From contig JAFDHD010000009.1 in assembly GCA_019308995.1 (NCBI GenBank), positions 4,524-68,523 on the forward strand: a stretch of DNA of 64,000 nt, in the 5' to 3' direction. The position numbers were made by a program, and so were the translations under genes. Positions within the stretch are counted from its first letter, which is position 1, and each line of letters begins with the position of its first letter. The notes under the pieces were generated by a model, which saw only the letters and a list, made by a program, of their open reading frames with translations, had not been told where the DNA came from and ran no database searches. This DNA comes from Deltaproteobacteria bacterium (GTDB lineage Bacteria > Desulfobacterota > Desulfarculia > Adiutricales > JAFDHD01). Below are positions 9,435 through 18,732 of the stretch, piece by piece.

Positions 9435-11840
9435 TTAGGATTCAGCCGCGGGCTCTGTTTTATAATCGCAGTTTCTATTGGGGCACCGCAAGGCGGGGGC
9501 GGAAGAACCTTCTACTACATCCCTTTTCGGGACTTCAATTAGATATGGAAACCCGCAAACCGGGCACGACCTGTTCACCGGCCGGCTGCGAAGCGTGAAA
9601 CGGCATTTGGGAAATTCACTGCACCCGAAAAAGACCCCTTTCTTAGACGGGCGTTCCACCAGCTCCCCTTGACAGCCCTTTTTGGGGCACTTGACTCCGG
9701 TTGGAAATGGCCGAGCCCTCTTACATCTGGGATAGTTGGCGCAGGCGATAAAAAGATTGCCCATCCTGCTTCGCTTGACGATTAGGGGCGATCCGCATTT
9801 ATCGCAGACCTTTTCCATTCCAGAAGGCAAGGGGGGAAGGTCTTCCTGTTTCCTGTCAATCGGCCGGGTATTCTTGCACTCCGGGTAACCCGAGCAGGCC
9901 AGGAAGGGGCCGTAGCGGCCCTTTTTGATAACCATGGGCCGGCCGCACTTTTCACAAACCTCTTCCGTCTCGACGGCTTGAGGCTTTACCGCCTCGATCC
10001 GGCCGCGTTCGTCTCGGATGTAGTCCTTCGCATTACTGCACTCGGGATATCTGCTGCAAGATAGAAAAGGCCCGTTCCGACCCCACTTCAGGACCATATC
10101 AGAGCCGCAAAGATCGCATTTGATATCCGTTTTGAGGCCTTCCCTCTTAAGGTCAAGCATCTTCTTTTCGGCTTGATGAAGCTCAGCCTCAAAAGGCCTG
10201 TAAAACCGCTTCAGGACTTCGCTCCATTCGGCCCGGCCCTCCTCAACCTCATCCAGATCGTTCTCCATGCCCGCTGTGAAATCAACGTTCATGATTCCGG
10301 GGAAATTATCAACCAGCAGATCGTTAATCAGGAAACCAAGCTCGGTTGGCGCCAACTGCCCTTTCGCCTGCTGCATGTACTCCTTGTCGCGGAGGGTGGA
10401 TATAATGGCCGCGTAGGTGCTGGGCCGACCGATCCCGTTATCTTCAAGCTCTTTGACCAGGGTGGCCTCGGTGAAACGAGGAGGCGGCTGGGTGAAATGC
10501 TGCTTGGGCAGAAGCTCCTTAAGGTCCAGAACCGCCTCTTCCTGAAGGGGAGGCAGGACTTCTTTCCCCTCCTTTTCCACCGCGCCGTATACCTCTAAGA
10601 ATCCCTTGAACTTTATAACCGAACCCGTAGCGCGAAAGATAAACCGGTCGGCCTTGATGTCAACCGAGGTCTGATCAATTACAGCCGCTTTCATCTGGCT
10701 GGCCACGAACCTTTTCCAGATCAGTTCGTAAAGGGCCAAAAGCTCCGGGGAAAGATGCGGCTTAACCTGCTCGGGCGTGCGAAGCGCCGATGTCGGACGG
10801 ACGGCTTCATGGGCGTCCTGAGAGCCTTTCCTGTTGCGATAAATATTCGGATCCTGCGGCAGGTAAGACTGGCCAAAGCGGTCTTTTATCAAACCCCGGA
10901 CCTCGGTTAAGGCCTCCTTGGCTATGCGGACCGAGTCGGTCCTCATGTAGGTGATAAGTCCCACCGCTCCTTCTGGGCCCAGCTCCACGCCTTCATAAAG
11001 CCTTTGAGCCAAAGACATGGTGCGACGGGTTGGAAATCGCAGCCGGCTGAAAGCCTCCTGCTGGAGCTGGCTGGTGGTAAAGGGCGGCAGAGGATTCCGC
11101 TTCCTTTCCTTGGAAACGACTTCATGCACTATAAAGGGGGCGTCCTTAACGAGATCAATAATTTTCTGAGTTATATCTCCGGTCTTCAGCTCGATCTTTT
11201 TCTGTCCCTCCCTGATAAGGCGAGCTGTAAACTCACGGCTTTCAGCCTCGAGCCGTGCTATCAGGCTCCAGTATTCCTCGGCCTCAAAGGCAAAAATCTC
11301 CCGCTCCCGCTCAATGATAATCTTCAAGGCCACAGATTGAACCCGGCCGGCTGAGAGTCCCCGCTTGACCTTGTCCCAGAGCAAGGGCGAAATCTGATAC
11401 CCCACCAAACGGTCCAGGATCCGGCGGGCCTGCTGGGATTCAAAGCGTTGAATGGATAACTCTTCCGGATGACTGATGGCGTGGCGGATGGCCTTTGGGG
11501 TTAGTTCATGAAATAGCACCCGCTTGAACTCCCGGCCCTTGGCTTTGAGGGCGTCGGCAATGTGCCAGGCAATGGCCTCACCCTCGCGGTCAGGGTCTGG
11601 GCCGAGGTAAATGACCTCTTTGCCTTGCGCCGCCTTCTTCAACGCTGAGATGACTTTCTGTTTATCTTTGATGCTCACATACTCCGGGGTAAATTCATGT
11701 TCTATATCCACGCCGAGCCGATTGACCGGCAGGTCCCGGATGTGGCCCACGGAGGCCTTCACCTCGAATTCCGGACCGAGATATTTTCTGATAGTCCGGG
11801 CTTTAGCCGGAGACTCGACGATCAAAAGGGCCTTTTTCAT
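9435..11840 (-). CDS. topA: DNA topoisomerase I with C-terminal tandem zinc ribbons
   Basis: MKKALLIVESPAKARTI (TOPRIM), YMRTDS active-site region, and four CxxC...CxxC zinc fingers. I chose the ATG at 11840, 2 nt after the dprA stop, rather than the 51-codon upstream extension in the ORF track. Confidence 0.95.
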   Translation of the reverse strand: MKKALLIVESPAKARTIRKYLGPEFEVKASVGHIRDLPVNRLGVDIEHEFTPEYVSIKDKQKVISALKKAAQGKEVIYLGPDPDREGEAIAWHIADALKAKGREFKRVLFHELTPKAIRHAISHPEELSIQRFESQQARRILDRLVGYQISPLLWDKVKRGLSAGRVQSVALKIIIEREREIFAFEAEEYWSLIARLEAESREFTARLIREGQKKIELKTGDITQKIIDLVKDAPFIVHEVVSKERKRNPLPPFTTSQLQQEAFSRLRFPTRRTMSLAQRLYEGVELGPEGAVGLITYMRTDSVRIAKEALTEVRGLIKDRFGQSYLPQDPNIYRNRKGSQDAHEAVRPTSALRTPEQVKPHLSPELLALYELIWKRFVASQMKAAVIDQTSVDIKADRFIFRATGSVIKFKGFLEVYGAVEKEGKEVLPPLQEEAVLDLKELLPKQHFTQPPPRFTEATLVKELEDNGIGRPSTYAAIISTLRDKEYMQQAKGQLAPTELGFLINDLLVDNFPGIMNVDFTAGMENDLDEVEEGRAEWSEVLKRFYRPFEAELHQAEKKMLDLKREGLKTDIKCDLCGSDMVLKWGRNGPFLSCSRYPECSNAKDYIRDERGRIEAVKPQAVETEEVCEKCGRPMVIKKGRYGPFLACSGYPECKNTRPIDRKQEDLPPLPSGMEKVCDKCGSPLIVKRSRMGNLFIACANYPRCKRARPFPTGVKCPKKGCQGELVERPSKKGVFFGCSEFPKCRFTLRSRPVNRSCPVCGFPYLIEVPKRDVVEGSSAPALRCPNRNCDYKTEPAAES

Positions 11841-11842
11841 CT

Positions 11843-12964
11843 TCAAATCCTGGTGTATCTCATACCTGGCAGTTGCCGAATCAAACCGTTCAGTTCCATA
11901 TCCAGGAGCAGGGACGCCAACCGGGGCGGTGTGAGTCCGGTCATACGGCCGAGTTTGTCCACGTGTAAGGGGTCTCCGCTCAGGGCTTCCCAAACCCTGC
12001 CAGCCTCACCTTCCAGTTTAGGCTCTGAAGCCATGGGCTTGGGTTTGGGAGATATCCTCCCAATCTGAGGAGCGATTTCATCCAGAACGTCCTGAGCTGT
12101 TTCCACCAGATGAGCTCCCTGTTTGAGCAGGGCGTGAGCGCCTTGACTCTTGGCTGAAGCAACCCGGCCCGGAACGGCAAAGACCTCCCTGTTTTGTTCA
12201 AGGGCCAAACGAGCCGTGATCAAGGCGCCGCTTCGAGACCCGGCCTCCACCACGACCACCCCTAAAGATAACCCGGAGATAACCCGGTTGCGCAGCGGGA
12301 AAAAACCCGGCTCCGGCTCAGTCCCCAAACGAAATTCACTAATGAGCGCCCCCTGTTTAGGTATCTGCTTGAAAAGATGACCATTGCCTTTGGGGTAGAT
12401 TACGTCAACGCCGCAACCCAGGATGGCCAAGGTTCGCCCTCCCGCTTTTAGAGCGCCCTGATGGGCCGCAGAGTCAATACCCAGGGCCATCCCGCTTACC
12501 ACACTCACCCCGGCCGAAGCCAGTTCACCGGCCAACCGGGCTGAGGCCTCCCGGCCATAGGCAGTCGCACCTCGGGAACCCACGATAGCCACGGCCGCAT
12601 AGTCTGCCTCTGAGATTTCTCCGTCAACCCAAAGTAAAGGCGGCGGGTTATATATCTCTTTCAACCGGGGTGGATAGACAGGATCTTCCAGGGTCATCAG
12701 CTTAATGCCCAGGCTCTGAACCCGGCGAAGCTCCTTCTTCACCTCTTCAGCCCAATCGAACCGGGCTAAAGCAGTGGCGACCTTTAGAGGCAAGCGGGGA
12801 ACCCGAACCAGTTCGGCCACAGAAGCTTGAAAAACCGCGCGGGGAGCTTTAAAGTGTTCGAGAAGCCTGACAAAACGGACCGCCCCCACCCCCGGAGCCA
12901 GGTAAAGGGCCAACCAGTAAAATAAGTCGCTTTCCGACAGCGTGTCTTGCCTGCCCATACCCAC
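11843..12964 (-). CDS. dprA: DNA processing protein DprA (Smf)
   Basis: DprA Rossmann-like core (VVSGMALGIDSAAH, GRVASAKSQGAHALLKQGA), in the conserved dprA-topA arrangement. Confidence 0.85.
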   Translation of the reverse strand: MGMGRQDTLSESDLFYWLALYLAPGVGAVRFVRLLEHFKAPRAVFQASVAELVRVPRLPLKVATALARFDWAEEVKKELRRVQSLGIKLMTLEDPVYPPRLKEIYNPPPLLWVDGEISEADYAAVAIVGSRGATAYGREASARLAGELASAGVSVVSGMALGIDSAAHQGALKAGGRTLAILGCGVDVIYPKGNGHLFKQIPKQGALISEFRLGTEPEPGFFPLRNRVISGLSLGVVVVEAGSRSGALITARLALEQNREVFAVPGRVASAKSQGAHALLKQGAHLVETAQDVLDEIAPQIGRISPKPKPMASEPKLEGEAGRVWEALSGDPLHVDKLGRMTGLTPPRLASLLLDMELNGLIRQLPGMRYTRI

Positions 12965-13239
12965 CCGTGGCAGTTAATCAAACCTCGAACCTCTGAGGCA
13001 AGTGACTTTTACCACAGTCCTGCTCAGAGTCAAGCCATTTTTACAATAAAAAAAGGACATGCCCATGGCCAGGATCACAAGTTCTGGGCATCGCTCGCCT
13101 GCCTCCCTGCACGGCCGGACCGGTTCGGAATAAAGGGAAGAAAAACAAGGAGCAGCATAAAAAAGTAATTATTTTTCAAATAGTTATCCCCTTTGCCAAC
13201 ACCCTCTTTCTTCTCACCCCGGGGCTGCCTCGATATATC

Positions 13240-14793
13240 TCAGTCCCGCTCCTGAACGAAACCAATGGAGGTGTGCAACTCCTGCCTCATGTTCCAAAGA
13301 GTTTCGATCATCCTTTTAAGCGATGCGATGGCCAGATCACGGTTTTCGCTTGATCGGATATCTTCAAGGGCCACGGCTGCGACCGATCCTTTCCTGACAG
13401 AGGAACGTGCGGCCGCCAGGTCCTCCTGCTCCAGCCGCTCCAAGGCGGCCTGGAGTTCGAAACGAGCCTGGGCCATACGCTGAATCAGGAAAGAGGCCGT
13501 CGGACGCGGCAGCCGACTGACCCCCTCGACCACCACTTTCAAGTCCTCACTAAAAGGAGGCAGATCTTCCAGAACCTCCTGAAGCGGTTTGTGTTCGAAG
13601 CCTGGCAGGTATGCCCCGGCGGCGGTGGCATTGATAATTCGACGTTGGGATTTCCTCAAGGTGCTGGCCGCCTCCTCGTACCAGAGGATATAACTGAGCA
13701 TAACCGGAGAGGTCTGTGCCACACCTCCATCTAACGCTGGCACCTCTATAATCTCCGGCCGTACCTCATCCTCTCCGCCAGGTCGCCCGGCGGCGTGAAT
13801 CCGGCCATGGGTGTACGCCAGATCCTGACCGACCAGGATGATGGGGTCACAGCCCCACAGGACGGCCAGAGAAAAAGCGGCGCTGGTTACATGTCCGCCG
13901 CAAGGCAGCGCCTTGCCCAGCCCGGACAGCGCCGCTGGCCAGGGCCAGAGATGAAAGAGGCTCCTGGGACCGGTCCAGTTGAGGAAATGGTTGGGATGGC
14001 TGGTCGAGGCCGTGGCCAGCAAGGTTTGGGAATGATCCACGTCTGTAAATTGGCGTGACTCATCCCCGGCTTCCAAGGCAAAGGCGATGTGTGGAGACGT
14101 GCCGACTTTGGCTAATGGATTTAAGGCCGAGGCGGCCGCCAGAACCAGGGCCCGAGCGGTGATCCCGGCCAGGTCGCTCAGGCTCTGGTCGAGGGATGGA
14201 CCGGCCCCGATCACGATGGCCGGTATGCCTCTTAATATATCATCCATGAGGGCCACGTCTGGCAATATGGGCCACCACTTTATATTTTTTTCCAGGTGCT
14301 CAAGCCACAGACCGGTTTTAAGGCTTCGGGTAAGGGCATCCGCCTTGCTCCTGGCCACGGTGTGGTCTACCAGGGTCCTGGCCGCCTGCACCATCTCGGG
14401 TAAAGCCTGCCGGTAAGCCGGAGGTGAAAACAGGGCCACCCGCTTTATCTGACCGTAAACCAGGTGTCGGCCCAGGGCCTCGGCCAGGCCCTCTTCGTCG
14501 GTGGCAAGTTCCAGGTCCGGGAGCCAAGGCCCATGTTTATGCATGTCCGCAATCCGGGCGGCGTCAGGTTCGTAAACAATCAGGTGAGGCGAATGCGGAG
14601 CATCCAGGACCGCCTGAATATGCCACCCCAGGCCGCATCCGGCCAGCACCAGAAGATCCTCGGGCTGAGCCTCGTCCAAAAGATCACCTAACTCGCCGGC
14701 TCGAGCCGCGCTTAGGGGGTCTTTTGAGGGGTGGAGGAGGTGACCGCCCAGCAGCCAGGCTCCATCCTCATTCAAAGAAAATTGAAGGCTCAA
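13240..14793 (-). CDS. DUF115 / MptE-like (motility-accessory-factor-type) domain protein
   Basis: IPAIVIGAGPSLDQSL...LVLAAASALNPL...PHIAFALEAGDE resembles the Maf/DUF115 core. The TTG start has a strong SD, GGAGGAG, 7 nt upstream. Confidence 0.5.
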   Translation of the reverse strand: MSLQFSLNEDGAWLLGGHLLHPSKDPLSAARAGELGDLLDEAQPEDLLVLAGCGLGWHIQAVLDAPHSPHLIVYEPDAARIADMHKHGPWLPDLELATDEEGLAEALGRHLVYGQIKRVALFSPPAYRQALPEMVQAARTLVDHTVARSKADALTRSLKTGLWLEHLEKNIKWWPILPDVALMDDILRGIPAIVIGAGPSLDQSLSDLAGITARALVLAAASALNPLAKVGTSPHIAFALEAGDESRQFTDVDHSQTLLATASTSHPNHFLNWTGPRSLFHLWPWPAALSGLGKALPCGGHVTSAAFSLAVLWGCDPIILVGQDLAYTHGRIHAAGRPGGEDEVRPEIIEVPALDGGVAQTSPVMLSYILWYEEAASTLRKSQRRIINATAAGAYLPGFEHKPLQEVLEDLPPFSEDLKVVVEGVSRLPRPTASFLIQRMAQARFELQAALERLEQEDLAAARSSVRKGSVAAVALEDIRSSENRDLAIASLKRMIETLWNMRQELHTSIGFVQERD

Positions 14794-15125
14794 TACTTAA
14801 CTCCTCCAGGATGGCTGCAGGTTCGGAGCCGCCCACATGCGCCCTGGCTGTAAAGATGATTGAGATCAATTCGTTTCCGGGATTATCTCCTGTTCCTCCG
14901 GCCCGGTCAAGTCTCAGTTTTTTTCTCACCCCAAACATTATAACCTTTCACTGCTGAATGCGCAGAAAACGAAGGAAAACATCCTGCCCGTTATAAGCCA
15001 TGCCCGGAAATTTAACGATTAAATATAACGGCTCTTTGAAAAAATCTGTGGGTTGTCAAACCATATTTTTATCTCCGGAGCGCCGGCCGGTCTGCGGCGG
15101 CGCAATTCCGACGAGCTTTTTAAAA

Positions 15126-15214
15126 CGAATGGCAAAATTATGTTCCTTTTGGCTTCCTGGTTTCAGAACCTGGATTCCTGCGAAAGCAGGAATCCAGAAA
15201 GGAATATATTTATG
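15126..15214. repeat. MITE-like palindromic intergenic element, copy B
   Basis: The left end CGAATGGCAAAATTATGTTCC (15126-15146) and the right end GGAATATATTTATG (15201-15214) match at 11 of 14 positions as an inverted repeat. A GC hairpin sits in the centre. Confidence 0.35.
15170..15197. repeat. perfect 12-bp stem hairpin with a GAAA tetraloop
   Basis: CTGGATTCCTGC-GAAA-GCAGGAATCCAG. No T-run follows, so it is not a canonical terminator. Confidence 0.85.
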
Positions 15215-15393
15215 AGAACTACTCTAATAAAACTTTAATGATGCCAGGGTGTTAAGTGAGTTCCTTCAATAATTTCATATTTAATCTGAGCAGGAATTGT
15301 CTTTTTTCAAGGCATTTGATACATTTACTCATAAGTTGAACTCAGGGGCTCTTTGGCCTCCAGGTATTTTTAAAATAAAGTAAAAGCGGCAGA

Positions 15394-16299
15394 ATGATGA
15401 ACAGAGTAAACACAATGACCATACTTGGCCCGATGCGGATACCCTTTTTAATTCTAACCCCGGCATGCGTTCTGCTCGGAGCAGGCACCGCCGCCTGGTC
15501 TGGCACTCCGTTGAACCTGACTTATCTCGTCCTGGCCTTCATTGGCGCCCTCGCAGCCCATATCAGCGTTAACGCCCTCAACGAATATCATGACTTCAAA
15601 AGCGGTTTGGATTTCAGAACGCAGCGAACCCCGTTCAGCGGCGGCAGCGGAACCCTGCCTCGCAACCCTGAAAAGGCTCATTATGCGTTGATTATAGGTC
15701 TAGTCACCCTGGCGGTTATAATCATTATCGGGATATACTTCCTGTACATTCAGGGGCTGTGGCTTTTGCCTCTGGGAATCTTCGGCCTGATTCTCGTGGC
15801 CGCTTATACTAGGCTGCTTACTCGAAACCCCTTTTTCTGCCTGATCGCCCCTGGGCTGGGGTTTGGCGTTCTAATGGTCATGGGCACTCATTTTGCCCTC
15901 ACTGGCTCCTACTCTTGGACGTCGTTTATCGCTTCCCTTGTCCCGTTTTTCCTGGTGAGTGACCTCTTACTTTTAAATCAGTTCCCAGATGTTGAAGCGG
16001 ATAGGGAAGCCGGGCGAAGGCATATATTGATTACCATGGGCACAAAGGCTGGGGTGAGAGTTTATGGATCGTTCCTGGCCGGGGCCTATGCCGTGGTCAT
16101 ACTGGGGTATTTCACCGGCGCCCTTCCCTTGGCGGGGTTTTTGGCCCTGGCGACGCTTGTCCTTGCCATTCCTGTGATCAGGGGCGCCGCCCGGTATGCC
16201 GATGATATTCCGAAACTAATACCGTACCTGAGCATGAATGTTATCATCATTATTGTAACCCCTGTCTTGCTCGCCATCGGCCTGTTCATTGGTCGGTGA
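15394..16299 (+). CDS. UbiA-family aromatic prenyltransferase (MenA-like), polytopic membrane protein
   Basis: NALNEYHDFKSGLD and DVEADREAGRRH Asp-rich motifs, with about 8-9 hydrophobic helices. Confidence 0.75.
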   Translation: MMNRVNTMTILGPMRIPFLILTPACVLLGAGTAAWSGTPLNLTYLVLAFIGALAAHISVNALNEYHDFKSGLDFRTQRTPFSGGSGTLPRNPEKAHYALIIGLVTLAVIIIIGIYFLYIQGLWLLPLGIFGLILVAAYTRLLTRNPFFCLIAPGLGFGVLMVMGTHFALTGSYSWTSFIASLVPFFLVSDLLLLNQFPDVEADREAGRRHILITMGTKAGVRVYGSFLAGAYAVVILGYFTGALPLAGFLALATLVLAIPVIRGAARYADDIPKLIPYLSMNVIIIIVTPVLLAIGLFIGR

Positions 16300-16431
16300 A
16301 TAACATTTCCCCGGGGTTGCCAGATTGAGCCTTCAGTCTTTCGTTTCCAAACGTGTTGAAAGCCCTCCTCAAGCTGAAACGCTATCAAGGCCGAAAAGGC
16401 CTTTGGTCTGAGGGGTATCGTTATTAAAAAG

Positions 16432-16689
16432 GTGGCCCTAAAATACTGCGGCGGTTGTGACCCGACTTATGATCGTGTAGAATACTGGGAAATGGTAAAA
16501 GCTCGGGCCGGGAGCCGTATCGCATGGGTCAGCTTGGACACGCCTGATTTTGAGGCCGTGCTCCTGATCAATGGGTGTCAAAGGGCCTGTGCAGGGACGA
16601 GCCTTGAGCCTGGACTGAGGCAGCCGGTTCTTTCGATTACCAGTGACGCCCTCTGTCCGAGGCAGGTGGTGGAAACCTTACTGAAATGA
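16432..16689 (+). CDS. small four-cysteine protein (CGGC-motif-like), hypothetical
   Basis: GTG start. YCGGCDP and NGCQRAC motifs. The gene ends 10 nt before the abfD-like gene. Confidence 0.45.
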   Translation: MALKYCGGCDPTYDRVEYWEMVKARAGSRIAWVSLDTPDFEAVLLINGCQRACAGTSLEPGLRQPVLSITSDALCPRQVVETLLK

Positions 16690-16699
16690 GGAAAGAATT

Positions 16700-18139
16700 A
16701 TGATCAAGAGTGGAGAAGATTACATCAACAGTCTGAAGAACTGGGGAAACGTAATATACTATAACGGGAAACGGGTCGAGGATATTACCGCCCACCCCGG
16801 CTTCCTCCCGCATATAAATTCAGCCGCCCAAACATATGACATGGCCCTTCAGCCTGAACACGAGGACCTGCTGACGGCCACGAGCCATCTGACAGGCCGC
16901 AAAATCAGCCGCTTTACGCATATTCATCAGTCAGTGGACGACCTGATCAAGAAGGTCCAGATGCTCCGGCTGATCGCACACCAGACCGGGAGCTGCTTCC
17001 AACGCTGCGTGGGCTTTGACGGGCTCAACGCCACCTACATGACAACCTATGACATTGATCAAAAACATGGCACCGAATACCACGCTCGTTTCATCGAATA
17101 CCTCCAGATGGTCCAGGAAGAGAACCTCATGATCGTGGGCGGGATGACCGACCCCAAGGGAGACCGGTCCAAGCCTCCCAGCCAGCAGGCGGACCCGGAC
17201 GTCTTCGTGCATGTGGTCGAAAGGAAGAAAGACGGGATCGTCATCCGGGGCGCCAAGGCCCACCAGACCGGAGGCGCCAACAGTCACGAGATACTGATTA
17301 TGCCAACCCAGACCATGCGCGGCGGGGATGAAGATTTTTCCTTAACCTGTGCCGTCTCGCTCAATGCCCCTGGTATTTTTCAAATCTTCGGAAGGCAAAC
17401 CAATGAAGAACGGAAGTTCGAATCGGGCCTGGACGTTGGCAACGCTGAGTATGGTCTGGTTGGAGGTGAGACCCTGATCGTCTTTGAAGACGTCTTTGTG
17501 CCTTGGGAGCGGGTCTTCATGTGCGGGGAGATTGGTTTTTCCGGGCTGCTGGTCGAACGGTTCGCCACCATGCACCGCCAGAATTACGGTGGGTGCAAGG
17601 GGGGTGTTTCTGACGTTATGATTGGCGCTTCAGCCCTGGCTTCCGAATACCAAGGCACGGACCGGGCCTCTCATATCCGGGACAAGATCGCCGAAATGAT
17701 GCACCTGGCCGAGACTATTTACTGCTGCTCCGTGGCCTGCTCAGCCATGGGCTTCAAGACCCCCAGCGGGGCATTCTACCCCGATCCTCTTCTGGCCAAC
17801 TGCTGCAAACAAAACGTCTCCCGTCACATTTACGAGATCGCTCGCCTGGCGCACGACGTGGCCGGCGGTATCGTGGCCACCATGCCTTTTGAAGCGGATC
17901 TGATGAGTCCGGAAATCGGCTCATACGTAAAAAAGTTCCTGGTCGGGGTAGAAGGCGTTTCAACCGAGAACCGGCTCAAGGTCTTGCGGCTTATCGAAAA
18001 CATGTCGGGCGGAACGGCCCTGGTCGAATCCATGCACGGCGCCGGCTCACCTCAGTCCCAGAAAATCATGTACCAGAGACTGGGCAAGATAGATATGAAA
18101 AAGAAGCTGGCCAGGAGACTGGCTGGAATTTCTGACTGA
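16700..18139 (+). CDS. abfD: 4-hydroxybutyryl-CoA dehydratase / vinylacetyl-CoA isomerase family protein
   Basis: HpaB/AbfD-family N-terminus (GEDYINSL). By my count, C99, C103, H292 and C299 sit exactly at the [4Fe-4S] ligand positions I recall for Clostridium aminobutyricum AbfD. Confidence 0.8.
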   Translation: MIKSGEDYINSLKNWGNVIYYNGKRVEDITAHPGFLPHINSAAQTYDMALQPEHEDLLTATSHLTGRKISRFTHIHQSVDDLIKKVQMLRLIAHQTGSCFQRCVGFDGLNATYMTTYDIDQKHGTEYHARFIEYLQMVQEENLMIVGGMTDPKGDRSKPPSQQADPDVFVHVVERKKDGIVIRGAKAHQTGGANSHEILIMPTQTMRGGDEDFSLTCAVSLNAPGIFQIFGRQTNEERKFESGLDVGNAEYGLVGGETLIVFEDVFVPWERVFMCGEIGFSGLLVERFATMHRQNYGGCKGGVSDVMIGASALASEYQGTDRASHIRDKIAEMMHLAETIYCCSVACSAMGFKTPSGAFYPDPLLANCCKQNVSRHIYEIARLAHDVAGGIVATMPFEADLMSPEIGSYVKKFLVGVEGVSTENRLKVLRLIENMSGGTALVESMHGAGSPQSQKIMYQRLGKIDMKKKLARRLAGISD

Positions 18140-18249
18140 AGAACTTTGATGATAGGGATGCTTACTAGGATACAATAAAATTAGTGCCGTGCTGTCGCGA
18201 ATATATTGAAATCAATGATGAAGTATCGGAATTTCGAAAAAATATGGGA

Positions 18250-18726
18250 TCAATCTATTGGGCCGAAATAAATTATTTGATTTCCAGGAGCCACACCAGG
18301 GTCAAGTCCAAAACGTAACTGTTCGAGAAAGCCACAATAACCGAGTACAACTGGTCCTGGCCACTCATGGGAGATAAATACACGACCTTCTACCTCAAGA
18401 TCACATCCCCAGTCCGGTTTCGCCAATAACGAAATATTTAGCGTGTACAAATCCCCCTTAAGCAATCCATGCCGCGTAGTCATTTCTAAAGACCCAACCG
18501 CAGACCCAAGTTGATCTTCGAGAAGCTCTGCTATTTCACCACCAATCACTGACCATTCTGCGCCTGTATCCAAGAGCGCCAGTTCTCTCTCAGGTAAATT
18601 GCCTAACCTGCATTGGACGGCAACTAAAAGCCGTGAAGGTCCATGCTTGTAATTAAAAAAGTATTGAGCAGCCCCTGTATTCCATAGTGTTAAACCATCA
18701 ATTGTCTGCTTAAAAAGCTGACCCAT
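18250..18726 (-). CDS. retropepsin-like (clan AA) aspartic protease, cassette gene 3
   Basis: ALLDTGAEWSVIG (hydrophobic-hydrophobic-DTGA) plus the C-terminal VVLGYCGFLEQLRFGLD, which resembles the LGxDfL element of bacterial Asp_protease_2-type proteins. The size of 158 aa fits a homodimeric retropepsin. Confidence 0.6.
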   Translation of the reverse strand: MGQLFKQTIDGLTLWNTGAAQYFFNYKHGPSRLLVAVQCRLGNLPERELALLDTGAEWSVIGGEIAELLEDQLGSAVGSLEMTTRHGLLKGDLYTLNISLLAKPDWGCDLEVEGRVFISHEWPGPVVLGYCGFLEQLRFGLDPGVAPGNQIIYFGPID

Positions 18727-18732
18727 GCCGTT

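Noticed and set aside
11841-11993. A 51-codon N-terminal extension of topA in the ORF track.
   Set aside because: The extension overlaps the dprA 3' end and is Arg/Pro-rich. The conserved TOPRIM N-terminus MKKALLIVESPAKA begins at the ATG at 11840, right after the dprA stop.
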